Notes under the pieces: model-generated
The model's database searches: none
Seen by the model: only the letters and a program-made list of their open reading frames with translations
Told to the model about the DNA's origin: nothing
Translations under genes and position numbers: made by a program
Virus record (IMG/VR): IMGVR_UViG_3300031281_000002
Location: 1 to 59,451 of that record
Origin: a virus
Lineage: Duplodnaviria > Caudoviricetes
DNA: 59,451 nt
Direction: 5' to 3' (one strand)
Shown: piece by piece, positions 18,150 to 26,578 of the stretch
Numbering within the stretch: position 1 is the stretch's first letter
How the letters are laid out: every line of letters starts with the position of its first letter

Positions 18150-18797
18150 ATGAACATTAAAAAATTTTATAATATAAAATGTATTTTAAATAAATATAAT
18201 ATAAAAATTTCTAATGATGGAACTATACTAAACTATAAAAATAAAAAAATAATTTCTAAATTTAATTATAACAATGAAATATTTATTAAAAATTTAAATA
18301 TAAGTTATTTTGATAAATATTTAAAAGATGAATGCGAAGAATTTTTTCTAAAAATAGTTGATAAAATTTTAATAAATATAACAAATTTTAGTTATAAATA
18401 TTTTACGGATATATATTTTCTCACGCATGAAGATTTTAATATTATAAAACCTATACTTATGCCGAATGAAAATATGGATTTTGATGGTATAAGATTAGTT
18501 AACCAAAATATAATATTATCTCATACAAATCAAAAAATAATTTCTTTATTTAGATTAATTTTTCATGAAATAGCTCATAGTTTTTTCAAATGCGAAAATT
18601 TGTTTACAGATGAATTCAATGCAATGAACTTTGAAATAAAGGCACTTAATAAACTTATGGAGGCTATTAGCACAAAATATATAAAATATTCAACAAATCA
18701 TGATAATTATTTACCTTATGATTCAATACATTATAAAGCATATGAAAAGGCATTAAAATTTAATTTAACTGAACAAAACAATTATATAAAAAAATAA
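18150..18797 (+). CDS. HEXXH metallopeptidase-like protein
   Basis: IFHEIAH...DEFNA zincin motif. Confidence 0.5.
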   Translation: MNIKKFYNIKCILNKYNIKISNDGTILNYKNKKIISKFNYNNEIFIKNLNISYFDKYLKDECEEFFLKIVDKILINITNFSYKYFTDIYFLTHEDFNIIKPILMPNENMDFDGIRLVNQNIILSHTNQKIISLFRLIFHEIAHSFFKCENLFTDEFNAMNFEIKALNKLMEAISTKYIKYSTNHDNYLPYDSIHYKAYEKALKFNLTEQNNYIKK

Positions 18798-18902
18798 GGC
18801 TATACACCTTATATAATCCGGGAGGCTACCCCCTCTCATTTTTTTATAATTATATCATTATCCAGCTTCCTCAACAAATAATAATTATTTTGAATATATA
18901 TA

Positions 18903-18931
18903 TTGACAATCAAATATAATTATTATATAAT
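18903..18931 (+). promoter_or_regulatory. Consensus sigma-A (early) promoter
   Basis: TTGACA-17 bp-TATAAT. Confidence 0.75.
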
Positions 18932-18977
18932 ATAGTTAGAGGTTGAGAAACCTACTAATTATAAGGGAGATAATACA

Positions 18978-19130
18978 ATGACTAATTCAGAAAGATTTGT
19001 ACAGGCGCACAAAAACACTAGAAAGGCACTTCAAGAAAACACTAACTTAAACTACAGAGTACAATTCGATCTTGAATTAGCAGCAGAAGCAGTTGATTAC
19101 TTATATGAATTATACACAACAAAATTTTAA
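18978..19130 (+). CDS. Small early protein, paralogue of the N-terminus of 9031-9600
   Basis: MTNSERFVQAHKNTR...NLNYRVQF versus MTKSNLFRQAHKMTR...NINYRVQF. Confidence 0.6.
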   Translation: MTNSERFVQAHKNTRKALQENTNLNYRVQFDLELAAEAVDYLYELYTTKF

Positions 19131-19139
19131 TTTGGAGGA

Positions 19140-19355
19140 ATGAAAATGGAAAACAAAAAATATATTTTAAACAAACTTTTTGACAAAATCGAAGAATGTA
19201 TTATATTCGAAGATGGTGGATTCGAATATAGAAAAGAAAATGGAGTTTTATACTCCAGACAGGATAAAAAAGAAGAATGGACAACAGAAGATTGGGAAGG
19301 AACTACATCAGATTATAATATCTGGAAAAAACTTTTTGAAAGTTTTATTGACTAA
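19140..19355 (+). CDS. Hypothetical protein
   Basis: GGAGG RBS; early operon. Confidence 0.55.
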   Translation: MKMENKKYILNKLFDKIEECIIFEDGGFEYRKENGVLYSRQDKKEEWTTEDWEGTTSDYNIWKKLFESFID

Positions 19356-19410
19356 TTAGCTGTTAGCAGCCATCTAACAGGCGGCTGTTATAGAGTTAAT
19401 TACTCTAAAT
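19353..19410 (+). ncRNA. Repeated structured intergenic RNA element, copy 1
   Basis: TAATTAGCTGTTAG...TATAGAGTTAATTACTCTAAATAAAA is shared with 20393-20450, with compensatory changes. Confidence 0.6.
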
Positions 19411-19430
19411 AAAAATTATGGAGGTATAAA

Positions 19431-20054
19431 ATGTTTGTTTTAACAAATAAAAATATTAAAGTTGAGAAGGAAATGACTGGTTATGGAGTGGTGGAAAACT
19501 ATAAGTCGCTAATCGTGTTTGATTGCGAAAGCGATGGATTATATGGAGAATGCTTTGCATTTGGTGCAGTGGCTTTGAAATTATATCCAGACAATAAAGT
19601 ATCAATTATAGAAACAATTTGCTTGACATCAGAGGAAGGAAAGAAAAATATCTCTTCTGATTGGGTAAAAGAAAACGTATTACCACATTTGACAAATTTA
19701 GAAACTGTTCCAAGCAATTTAGAATTAAGACAAAAATTTTGGGATTTTTATTCTAAATATAAAGAAGATGAAAAGTACATTGGTACATATTCAGATGTTA
19801 ACTTCCCGGTCGAAACAAATTTTTTGGCACAAGTTGCTAAAGACGATTTAGAAAAAAGAGCTTTTAGTATGCCGTATCCATTATACGACATATCTAGCAT
19901 ACATAGCGATACAGATACAGATAGAGAAGATTTTTATATAAAAGAAAACGCTTACTTTATAGTGCAGGACGTAGCAATAAGAAAGCCTAAAAAACATAAT
20001 CCATTATGGGATTCGATATGTTCAGCATATTTTCTCTTAAATTATAAGAAATAA
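19431..20054 (+). CDS. DEDDh 3'-5' exonuclease
   Basis: VFDCESDG ... HNPLWDS motifs. Confidence 0.65.
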   Translation: MFVLTNKNIKVEKEMTGYGVVENYKSLIVFDCESDGLYGECFAFGAVALKLYPDNKVSIIETICLTSEEGKKNISSDWVKENVLPHLTNLETVPSNLELRQKFWDFYSKYKEDEKYIGTYSDVNFPVETNFLAQVAKDDLEKRAFSMPYPLYDISSIHSDTDTDREDFYIKENAYFIVQDVAIRKPKKHNPLWDSICSAYFLLNYKK

Positions 20055-20067
20055 TTAACTCTAAGAT

Positions 20068-20128
20068 TCGAAACGGGGTAAAACCCGTCTAGCAGATTAA
20101 CCGCCTGCTACTGATGAGATAGGTTAAT
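20068..20128 (+). ncRNA. Type II hammerhead ribozyme with pseudoknot
   Basis: GAAA, stem III CGGG/CCCG, GTC cleavage triplet, stem I TAGCAG/CTGCTA, CTGATGA; loop ATTAACC pairs with 3' GGTTAAT. Confidence 0.9.
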
Positions 20129-20148
20129 AAATTTAAAGGAGATATGTA

Positions 20149-20391
20149 ATGTATAAAAATTTTAAAAACAAAGAAACAATAAAAAATTATAGTGAATTTT
20201 GTAATTGGTTAAAACAAAATGATTTAGATTGCAAATATGAAACAAGAATAATAAATAACGATAAAATAGTAATATTTAAGAAAAATGGAAATATGATAAA
20301 TAATGACATGCATTCTTATATGTCTGATAATCCACCTAAAAGCTGGAATATTTTAAAGACATCAATAGAAAAAATAATGAATGCAAAATGA
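20149..20391 (+). CDS. Hypothetical protein
   Basis: AAGGAG RBS immediately after the ribozyme. Confidence 0.55.
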   Translation: MYKNFKNKETIKNYSEFCNWLKQNDLDCKYETRIINNDKIVIFKKNGNMINNDMHSYMSDNPPKSWNILKTSIEKIMNAK

Positions 20392-20392
20392 A

Positions 20393-20450
20393 TAATTAGC
20401 TGTTAGTACCTATCTAGCAGGTAGGCACTATAGAGTTAATTACTCTAAAT
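20393..20450 (+). ncRNA. Repeated structured intergenic RNA element, copy 2
   Basis: See 19353-19410. Confidence 0.6.
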
Positions 20451-20471
20451 AAAATTATAAGGGAGATTATT

Positions 20472-21848
20472 ATGAAAAATTTATTTAATGGTTCAAGAAT
20501 CGCAATCGAAGAAGAAAACAGAATATATGTACAAGGTGATTATACACCTTGGCATAATGAAGATGAAGATTGTATAGAAGGCCAAGATTGTCCATTAGTT
20601 TACAAAAATTTAGAATTAATTTTAATTGATGAAAATGGACTTTGGTTAGAGCAAAAAACAGATAAATCTTTATTAGAAGACACAACCTGGTGCTTGTATG
20701 AAACTGATTGCACAGGTGTTAAAGAAAATTATCTTGATGCTGAAGTATTGAAAAAAGAATTATGCATTGAAGAAGAGAAAGTAAAAGAAGAATGGACAAC
20801 ATTAACATGCAGCTTATGTGGACAAAGATTTTTATATCATACATCTAACGAATGTAAATGCTCATGTGGTGCAACTCTTAATCTATTTCCTGATGATGTT
20901 AAGATTTTATTAGCACCAACACTTGAAATTGCAAAAACAATTGATGCTGATATTACAATTGAGGCTGAATATGGTGATGAAACGATTAAAGGAACACTTT
21001 ACACATCAGCTCATCATGGTAAAAATCAAGGAAATCCAGCACCGTGTAATGATGATAATATACCAATTATTTTAGAAGGCACTATATTATTGAGCCATTT
21101 AGATTTAGATTCAATAATTGGTTGCATGAGAGCTTTAGGAATTGTACTAGATGAAAGGTTGTCTATGTTAGTAAATGCAATTGAGTATATAGATGTTAAT
21201 GGACCTCACCATCTATATAAATATGGTTGGCAAACTAAAATGTTTTTAAATGCTTATTGGGCTTGGAATTTTTCAAAAGGAAGACAGGAAAGAATTACAG
21301 AACTTACAGATGTTAGACAACAAGTATTAGAAACTATTAATGTAATTGAAGAAATAATATTACAAATGGCTGGAGTAGGAAAAAATGAAATTGATTATAT
21401 TAATGACGGTAAAAAATGGGCTGAAAATGTACAAAAAGAAACTGAATCAAAGCTTAAAAAAGAAACAAAATATTATAGATTGTTTTCAACAGATAGAGTA
21501 TTTTGTGGTGCTTCCTACTATAGCCCGCAAGAAAATACAATTATACCTGCAATAATCAGTTATAACGAAAAATTCAAAGCTATAACATTAAGCTTTGAAG
21601 ATAGTGGAAAGAAGTTTAAGGCTGATGAAATAATGAAAGAATTATTTGGACCTGGTGCAGGTGGTAAATCTGGTATAGCTGGAACGCCTAGAGGAATTGA
21701 ATTTACATTTGAAGATACTCGAAAAGTTATATCAAAGTTAAATTCTTTATACATGAATTGTCAGTGTCAAAATTGTTTTAATACATTCGACACAGATGTA
21801 AATAGTTGTCCAGTATGTGGTAGTCCAGATATATGGTATGGGAGGTAA
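20472..21848 (+). CDS. Multidomain protein with zinc ribbons and a DHH-like phosphoesterase region
   Basis: SAHHG, SHLDLD, IDVNGPH, AGGKSGIAGTPR; CxxC clusters. Confidence 0.45.
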   Translation: MKNLFNGSRIAIEEENRIYVQGDYTPWHNEDEDCIEGQDCPLVYKNLELILIDENGLWLEQKTDKSLLEDTTWCLYETDCTGVKENYLDAEVLKKELCIEEEKVKEEWTTLTCSLCGQRFLYHTSNECKCSCGATLNLFPDDVKILLAPTLEIAKTIDADITIEAEYGDETIKGTLYTSAHHGKNQGNPAPCNDDNIPIILEGTILLSHLDLDSIIGCMRALGIVLDERLSMLVNAIEYIDVNGPHHLYKYGWQTKMFLNAYWAWNFSKGRQERITELTDVRQQVLETINVIEEIILQMAGVGKNEIDYINDGKKWAENVQKETESKLKKETKYYRLFSTDRVFCGASYYSPQENTIIPAIISYNEKFKAITLSFEDSGKKFKADEIMKELFGPGAGGKSGIAGTPRGIEFTFEDTRKVISKLNSLYMNCQCQNCFNTFDTDVNSCPVCGSPDIWYGR

Positions 21849-21854
21849 ATAGAC

Positions 21855-22265
21855 ATGGAAAATGAAAGAATTTTATTAGAAAAAGAGCTTGAAGGCAGTT
21901 TATATTCAGAAGAAGACATATCAGAAATGGATATAGAAGAATTAAGAAATGTAGTAAATCAATTTAAATCATTTAAAAATGAATTAAGCGAAACATCAAA
22001 ATATTTTGAAAGTTTTTCAAGGAAAATAATAATTGAAAAGCTTAAAAGCTTAAATTTAAAATTTTTAAAAATTCAATGTCATACTAATACAGTATTTATA
22101 GCTGTATATAACAACAATATAATATCACGCGATGATTCATTTTTTGGTAATGTAAATTATTATTTTAATAATACTATACTTATAGAAAATGTAACTAGAG
22201 AAGAAGTAAGATACATAGACGGAAAAAGAGAAGAAGATGTTATTAAAAAATTTATGGATTTATAG
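21855..22265 (+). CDS. Hypothetical protein
   Basis: GGAGG RBS. Confidence 0.55.
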   Translation: MENERILLEKELEGSLYSEEDISEMDIEELRNVVNQFKSFKNELSETSKYFESFSRKIIIEKLKSLNLKFLKIQCHTNTVFIAVYNNNIISRDDSFFGNVNYYFNNTILIENVTREEVRYIDGKREEDVIKKFMDL

Positions 22266-22274
22266 GTGATTATT

Positions 22275-22442
22275 ATGAAACAAGAAAACCGCGGCGGTCG
22301 CAGAAAAGGAGCAGGCCGCCCGCTGATAGGAGATAAAAAAGTATTTAAAGGTTTCTATATTACCGAAAAAGAAAATAAGCTTTTGAAGGAATATTTGAGG
22401 AAGCTGAGAGAGGGGAACAAAAATGAAAATGACATGTCCTGA
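22275..22442 (+). CDS. Small DNA-binding protein with AT-hook-like GGRRKGAGRP motif
   Basis: Own translation MKQENRGGRRKGAGRPLIGDKKVFKGFYITEKENKLLKEYL... Confidence 0.6.
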   Translation: MKQENRGGRRKGAGRPLIGDKKVFKGFYITEKENKLLKEYLRKLREGNKNENDMS

Positions 22443-22644
22443 ATGCAACCATGTAGTATCAAGTTATTCACAAAAATGTATGAATTGTGGACTTCCAACT
22501 AAAATTATTGAAATTTCATATGGAGATTGTTATAACTGTAATGGAACTGGAAAAGTTGGTCCATCTGGATATTCAGGTTCTACTTGCTTTACGTGTGAAG
22601 GAAGTGGAAGAACAAAAAAATTCACGTTAAAGGAGAAAATGTAA
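22423..22644 (+). CDS. Zinc-finger protein (DnaJ-type CxxCxGxG repeats)
   Basis: CPEC, CMNC, CYNCNGTG, CFTCEGSG. Confidence 0.6.
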   Translation: MKMTCPECNHVVSSYSQKCMNCGLPTKIIEISYGDCYNCNGTGKVGPSGYSGSTCFTCEGSGRTKKFTLKEKM

Positions 22645-22888
22645 TGAAAAAAAATATTATGGTGTTTGATGTAGAGTCAAATGGATCATCATGCCATGTC
22701 CATTGATGGATATAGCTAATGTCAACAATATTGACATTGACAGAATAGAATTTTATGAAAAGAAAAATGCTTTTTACATAGCACAGTCACCAGCAACAAG
22801 GAAATTAAGAAAACATAATCCTTTAGATGATGCAATTGCAAGTTTATGTTTAAAGCTTGATAAAATTATTTATTATGATATTAAATAA
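22644..22888 (+). pseudogene. Internally deleted paralogue of the exonuclease at 19431
   Basis: MKKNIMVFDVESNG joined out of frame to MPCPLMDI...RKHNPLDDAIAS. Confidence 0.7.
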
Positions 22889-23005
22889 GATTGTTAGGAA
22901 GCTGAGAGAGGAAAAATAAACCTCTCTCTTTTTCTATAGAATATGATATAATATATTTAGTGTATATAAATGTTTTTTAATTTTCATTAGGATTTCTTTC
23001 TTTCC

Positions 23006-23037
23006 AAAAAGACCTATTCTCCTTGATAGGTCTTTTT
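23006..23037. terminator. Bidirectional terminator
   Basis: AAAAAGACCTAT...ATAGGTCTTTTT. Confidence 0.6.
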
Positions 23038-23391
23038 GTTGTTCTTTTTTATAAATAGAATTAACCCAGTATTGGTAGTACTGGGTTGGTTCAAAAACTT
23101 AATTTATTTTTTTAATCTATATTGTATTATACCACAAATATTTTACATAAAAAAGTCCCCCAGACTGCGACCCAGTTACAAGAGAACTTTTTACAAGATA
23201 AAAGCTCCTAAGCAAATTAACCTTGTTTTACAGAAGCAAAAAAAATAAAAAGCCACAAAACATTTTATTTTTTATAATTATACCACTTTTCTTGTATACA
23301 AATTGAACAAAAAATATATTATTTATTTTTATTGTATTATTAAATGAGTATGATATAATTTACTAGTACTATAAAATTCGAATGGAGGTAT

Positions 23392-23688
23392 ATGCAAATG
23401 GAGTTTTTTGTTTTCCCTAGAAAACTTATAGATAATAAAAAATTTAATAAAATGAATGGAGATTCTAAGATTCTTTATATGTTGATGTTAGATAAATTTT
23501 TTGACAAAAATCAGGTTATATCAATTGATAACGGAAAATATATACTTTTTACAAATGTAGAAATAATGGAAAAGCTTAATTGTGCAAATGAAAAAGCAAC
23601 AAGGATAAAAAAAGAATTAATTGATAATGGATTAATTGATATTAATATGAAAAGTTTTAGAAAATATATTAAAGTCAATGTTTTATGA
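23392..23688 (+). CDS. RepA_N-like winged-helix protein
   Basis: FFVFPRKL...SKILYMLMLD...YILFTNVEIMEKLNC...IKKELIDNGLI. Confidence 0.7.
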   Translation: MQMEFFVFPRKLIDNKKFNKMNGDSKILYMLMLDKFFDKNQVISIDNGKYILFTNVEIMEKLNCANEKATRIKKELIDNGLIDINMKSFRKYIKVNVL

Positions 23689-23715
23689 TAATTATAAAAG
23701 AAAGAAGGCTAAGTC

Positions 23716-24600
23716 ATGAGGTATACTTTATATGGATTTTCTCAACAAATAGCAGTTGAATATGGTTTAGATCATAATGACTTATTAATACTAAGATGGT
23801 TTATTGATTTTAAAGATACAAATGATATGGTACATGAAGTGATAAATGGGGAAATTTATTACTGGATAAAGTATAAAAAGATTTTTGAAGACTTGCCAAT
23901 TTTAAATATAAAATCAAAAGATGTTATAAGAAGAAGATTAAAAAAATTAGTAGATAAAAAAATATTGACTCATTATACAAAAAAGAACATGGGTACATTT
24001 TCTTTTTATGGTGTTGGCCAAAACTATCTAAAATTAATAAGCACAGATTGGGGTACGACTTTAAAGTCGGGGGGTACGACTTTAAAGTCGGAGGGTACGA
24101 CTCAAAAGTCGGAACCGTACGACTCAAAAGTCGGAGGGGGTACGACTCAAAAGTCGGAACAAAATATTAATCTATTAAAAGATGATTCTATTAAAGATAT
24201 AAAAGAAGAGTGTGTAAAAAATAAATTTTTACACGAATCTGATGAAATGAAATTATCTAAGCTTCTTTTTAAAAAGATGAAAGATAATAACGATAAAGCA
24301 AAAGAACCTAATTTCCAAAAGTGGGCCGAAAATATAGATAAGCTTATGAGGCTTGATAAATATTCTGCAGATGAAATAACAAAAATGATTGAATTCTGCC
24401 AGTCTGACCATTTTTGGAAAAGTAATATACTTTCGACTAAAAAACTGAGAGAAAAGGCTGGTACTTTGATAATACAAATGAATAAGGATAAAGAGAAAAA
24501 AGGAAATAATAATCCTGCTCAAACCCAGAATTATGATCAAAGAAAATATGATAATGAATTTTGGGAAGAGTATGAAAAAGATATTCAATATATTAAATAA
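23716..24600 (+). CDS. Phage replication initiator (lambda O analogue)
   Basis: N-terminal winged helix, internal iterons, C-terminal FWKSNILSTKKLREK. Confidence 0.8.
   Translation: MRYTLYGFSQQIAVEYGLDHNDLLILRWFIDFKDTNDMVHEVINGEIYYWIKYKKIFEDLPILNIKSKDVIRRRLKKLVDKKILTHYTKKNMGTFSFYGVGQNYLKLISTDWGTTLKSGGTTLKSEGTTQKSEPYDSKVGGGTTQKSEQNINLLKDDSIKDIKEECVKNKFLHESDEMKLSKLLFKKMKDNNDKAKEPNFQKWAENIDKLMRLDKYSADEITKMIEFCQSDHFWKSNILSTKKLREKAGTLIIQMNKDKEKKGNNNPAQTQNYDQRKYDNEFWEEYEKDIQYIK
24053..24157. repeat. Five iterons, phage replication origin
   Basis: GTACGACT(TT/CA)AAAGTCGG at 24053, 24074, 24095, 24117 and 24140, each with CGACT..AGTCG dyad symmetry. Confidence 0.85.
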
Positions 24601-24611
24601 GGAGTGATAAA

Positions 24612-25256
24612 GTGAGTTACACAGAAATAAAAATAGGTAATAGAGTTTTTAAAATGAAAAGCGGAATACCGCTTCAAGAACCTGAACAAATTCGAGATTA
24701 CAATATTCCAACTGAATATAAAAACAAAACTTTTGATAATTTTATAACAAATAAAGAAAATTATCAAATAGTTGAAAGTCTTAAAAATTTTTCTTTAAAA
24801 TTCAAAGATTATAAGGGTTTAAGCTTTTATATAAGTGGTGCAACTGGAACAGGGAAGACAATGTTGTCATGTTGTATTTATAAAAATGTTTTTGATTCAG
24901 GATATAAATGTTTGTTTATAAACATTAATGATATGTTTGACATGGTAAAACAGTCATATAATCCACGCAACAGTTCAGAAGCTAATTTTGAAAACAAATT
25001 AAATGTAGTTGACTTATTAATTCTTGATGATATTGGGTCAAATCGAATGAATGATTGGACATATCAAATTATTTATAAAGTTATAAATACAAGATACGAA
25101 AATAATAAGTCAATAATATTTACATCAAATTGCAGTATGACAAATCTTTATAAATATATAGATGATGAAAGAATAATATCAAGGATAGCAGGTAAATGTA
25201 AAAATAGAATATATAAGCTTTCTGGATATGATTGGAGGTATAAAAATGGAAATTAA
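24612..25256 (+). CDS. DnaC/IstB-like AAA+ helicase loader
   Basis: Walker A GATGTGKT, Walker B LLILDDIG, FTSN, RIISRI. Confidence 0.88.
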   Translation: MSYTEIKIGNRVFKMKSGIPLQEPEQIRDYNIPTEYKNKTFDNFITNKENYQIVESLKNFSLKFKDYKGLSFYISGATGTGKTMLSCCIYKNVFDSGYKCLFININDMFDMVKQSYNPRNSSEANFENKLNVVDLLILDDIGSNRMNDWTYQIIYKVINTRYENNKSIIFTSNCSMTNLYKYIDDERIISRIAGKCKNRIYKLSGYDWRYKNGN

Positions 25257-25566
25257 ATGCTTTGCTTGCAGGGATAAAGGCGGTTTGATAATGAGAGAAA
25301 TAAAGGTAAATAAAAAAAATAAAGAAAGCTATATGTATGATTATTTTCTACAATGTTCAACTTGTGCGGCTGGAAATAGTAATTATTACAATGGGAAAAA
25401 TAATACTAAACATAAATCAAAATATTATACTCCATCAATCAGCAGTTATATAGACATTAATCAGTTAATTACATATAACAAAATAAATCAGTGGAAAAGT
25501 TGGCTTAAGTATAAAACGGTTGAGGATAATTATGAGATTGAAAGAATATTTATTGAAATGAGATAG
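25246..25566 (+). CDS. Zinc-finger hypothetical protein
   Basis: ATG 25246 after GGAGG; CFAC...CSTC. Confidence 0.55.
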   Translation: MEIKCFACRDKGGLIMREIKVNKKNKESYMYDYFLQCSTCAAGNSNYYNGKNNTKHKSKYYTPSISSYIDINQLITYNKINQWKSWLKYKTVEDNYEIERIFIEMR

Positions 25567-25607
25567 TTTGTATGAGAATACGCAGTATATAAAGTGAGGT
25601 GAGGAAG

Positions 25608-25904
25608 ATGAATATATTTGAAATAGAAATAAAAGAAGGTATGTATACACCTGGACAACTTAATATTATAAAAATATGGGAGAACAAAATTAAATCATTT
25701 AAAAAATGCGGAATAGATACAGGATATGTTTTATTTCAAAAACCTGCTACAAAGACAAAAAATAATAAAAGAAGGCTATGCGGTTTTGAATGTGATTTAG
25801 TAAGTTATACAAATAATGGGATGGAAATGGTTAAAATGAAAAATGATAAATTTATATTATTAATGGCTAAATTGGGAATAGAAATAGATTTAAGTGAGGT
25901 GTGA
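25608..25904 (+). CDS. Hypothetical protein
   Basis: Starts at the ATG of the junction repeat. Confidence 0.5.
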   Translation: MNIFEIEIKEGMYTPGQLNIIKIWENKIKSFKKCGIDTGYVLFQKPATKTKNNKRRLCGFECDLVSYTNNGMEMVKMKNDKFILLMAKLGIEIDLSEV

Positions 25905-26086
25905 ATATGGATATTTTTACTAACATATTTGGTATATGTATGGCAATAGTCTTATCAATTTTAATTTTTATTGCTGGATTAATTTTAATAGGAATTATTG
26001 CACTTATTATTATAAGTATTGTTATTTCAATTTATGACAAGATTAGTGATATATCTATCAAAAGATATATCAAAAAGAAAAAGTGA
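25901..26086 (+). CDS. Small membrane protein
   Basis: Long hydrophobic stretch and basic tail. Confidence 0.5.
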   Translation: MNMDIFTNIFGICMAIVLSILIFIAGLILIGIIALIIISIVISIYDKISDISIKRYIKKKK

Positions 26087-26096
26087 GGCGAGAAAG

Positions 26097-26345
26097 ATGT
26101 TTGCAAATGGATCTGAATATATGATGTTCATTGAGGAAAATTGTTGTAAATGTAAAAAATACATGAAAAATGGTGAGTTTAATTGCAAGATAGAAGAACA
26201 TATTTCTATTGGAGATTTTACAGAGATACCATTTCCGAAAGAAGTAAATGTTGAGAAAATGACATGCAGCAGATTTATTGATGAAAACAAGATTGTAAAG
26301 AGAATAAAAAGACCTATAAAAGGGCAAATAAGTTTATTTAAGTGA
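26097..26345 (+). CDS. Cys-rich hypothetical protein ending GQISLFK
   Basis: MFANGSEY...CCKC; start at the junction repeat. Confidence 0.55.
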   Translation: MFANGSEYMMFIEENCCKCKKYMKNGEFNCKIEEHISIGDFTEIPFPKEVNVEKMTCSRFIDENKIVKRIKRPIKGQISLFK

Positions 26346-26354
26346 GGTGTGAAG

Positions 26355-26573
26355 ATGAAAATAATAGATATAATTGCAAATGAAAAAATGTTTATTAAAA
26401 GAATAGACATAGATGGTTGTTCAACTTCTGTTGATATAGAATATGAAATTCATGGGAGGAAATCAAATTATAGAATATACTTTAAAACTATTGATTTAGC
26501 AGAATATAAAATAGGAGATATATTGAATTTTAATAAAGAAGAATTTCAAAAACTTTGTGAGAAAGTGAGGTGA
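26355..26573 (+). CDS. Hypothetical protein
   Basis: Start at the junction repeat. Confidence 0.5.
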   Translation: MKIIDIIANEKMFIKRIDIDGCSTSVDIEYEIHGRKSNYRIYFKTIDLAEYKIGDILNFNKEEFQKLCEKVR

Positions 26574-26578
26574 GAAAG

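Noticed and set aside
23036-23248. 70-aa ORF
   Set aside because: No RBS, overlaps a terminator and hairpins; the region looks regulatory and I could not assign its hairpins
24053-24157. CRISPR mini-array for the type IV module
   Set aside because: Repeats are separated by only 3-5 bp with no spacers and lie inside the initiator gene; these are iterons
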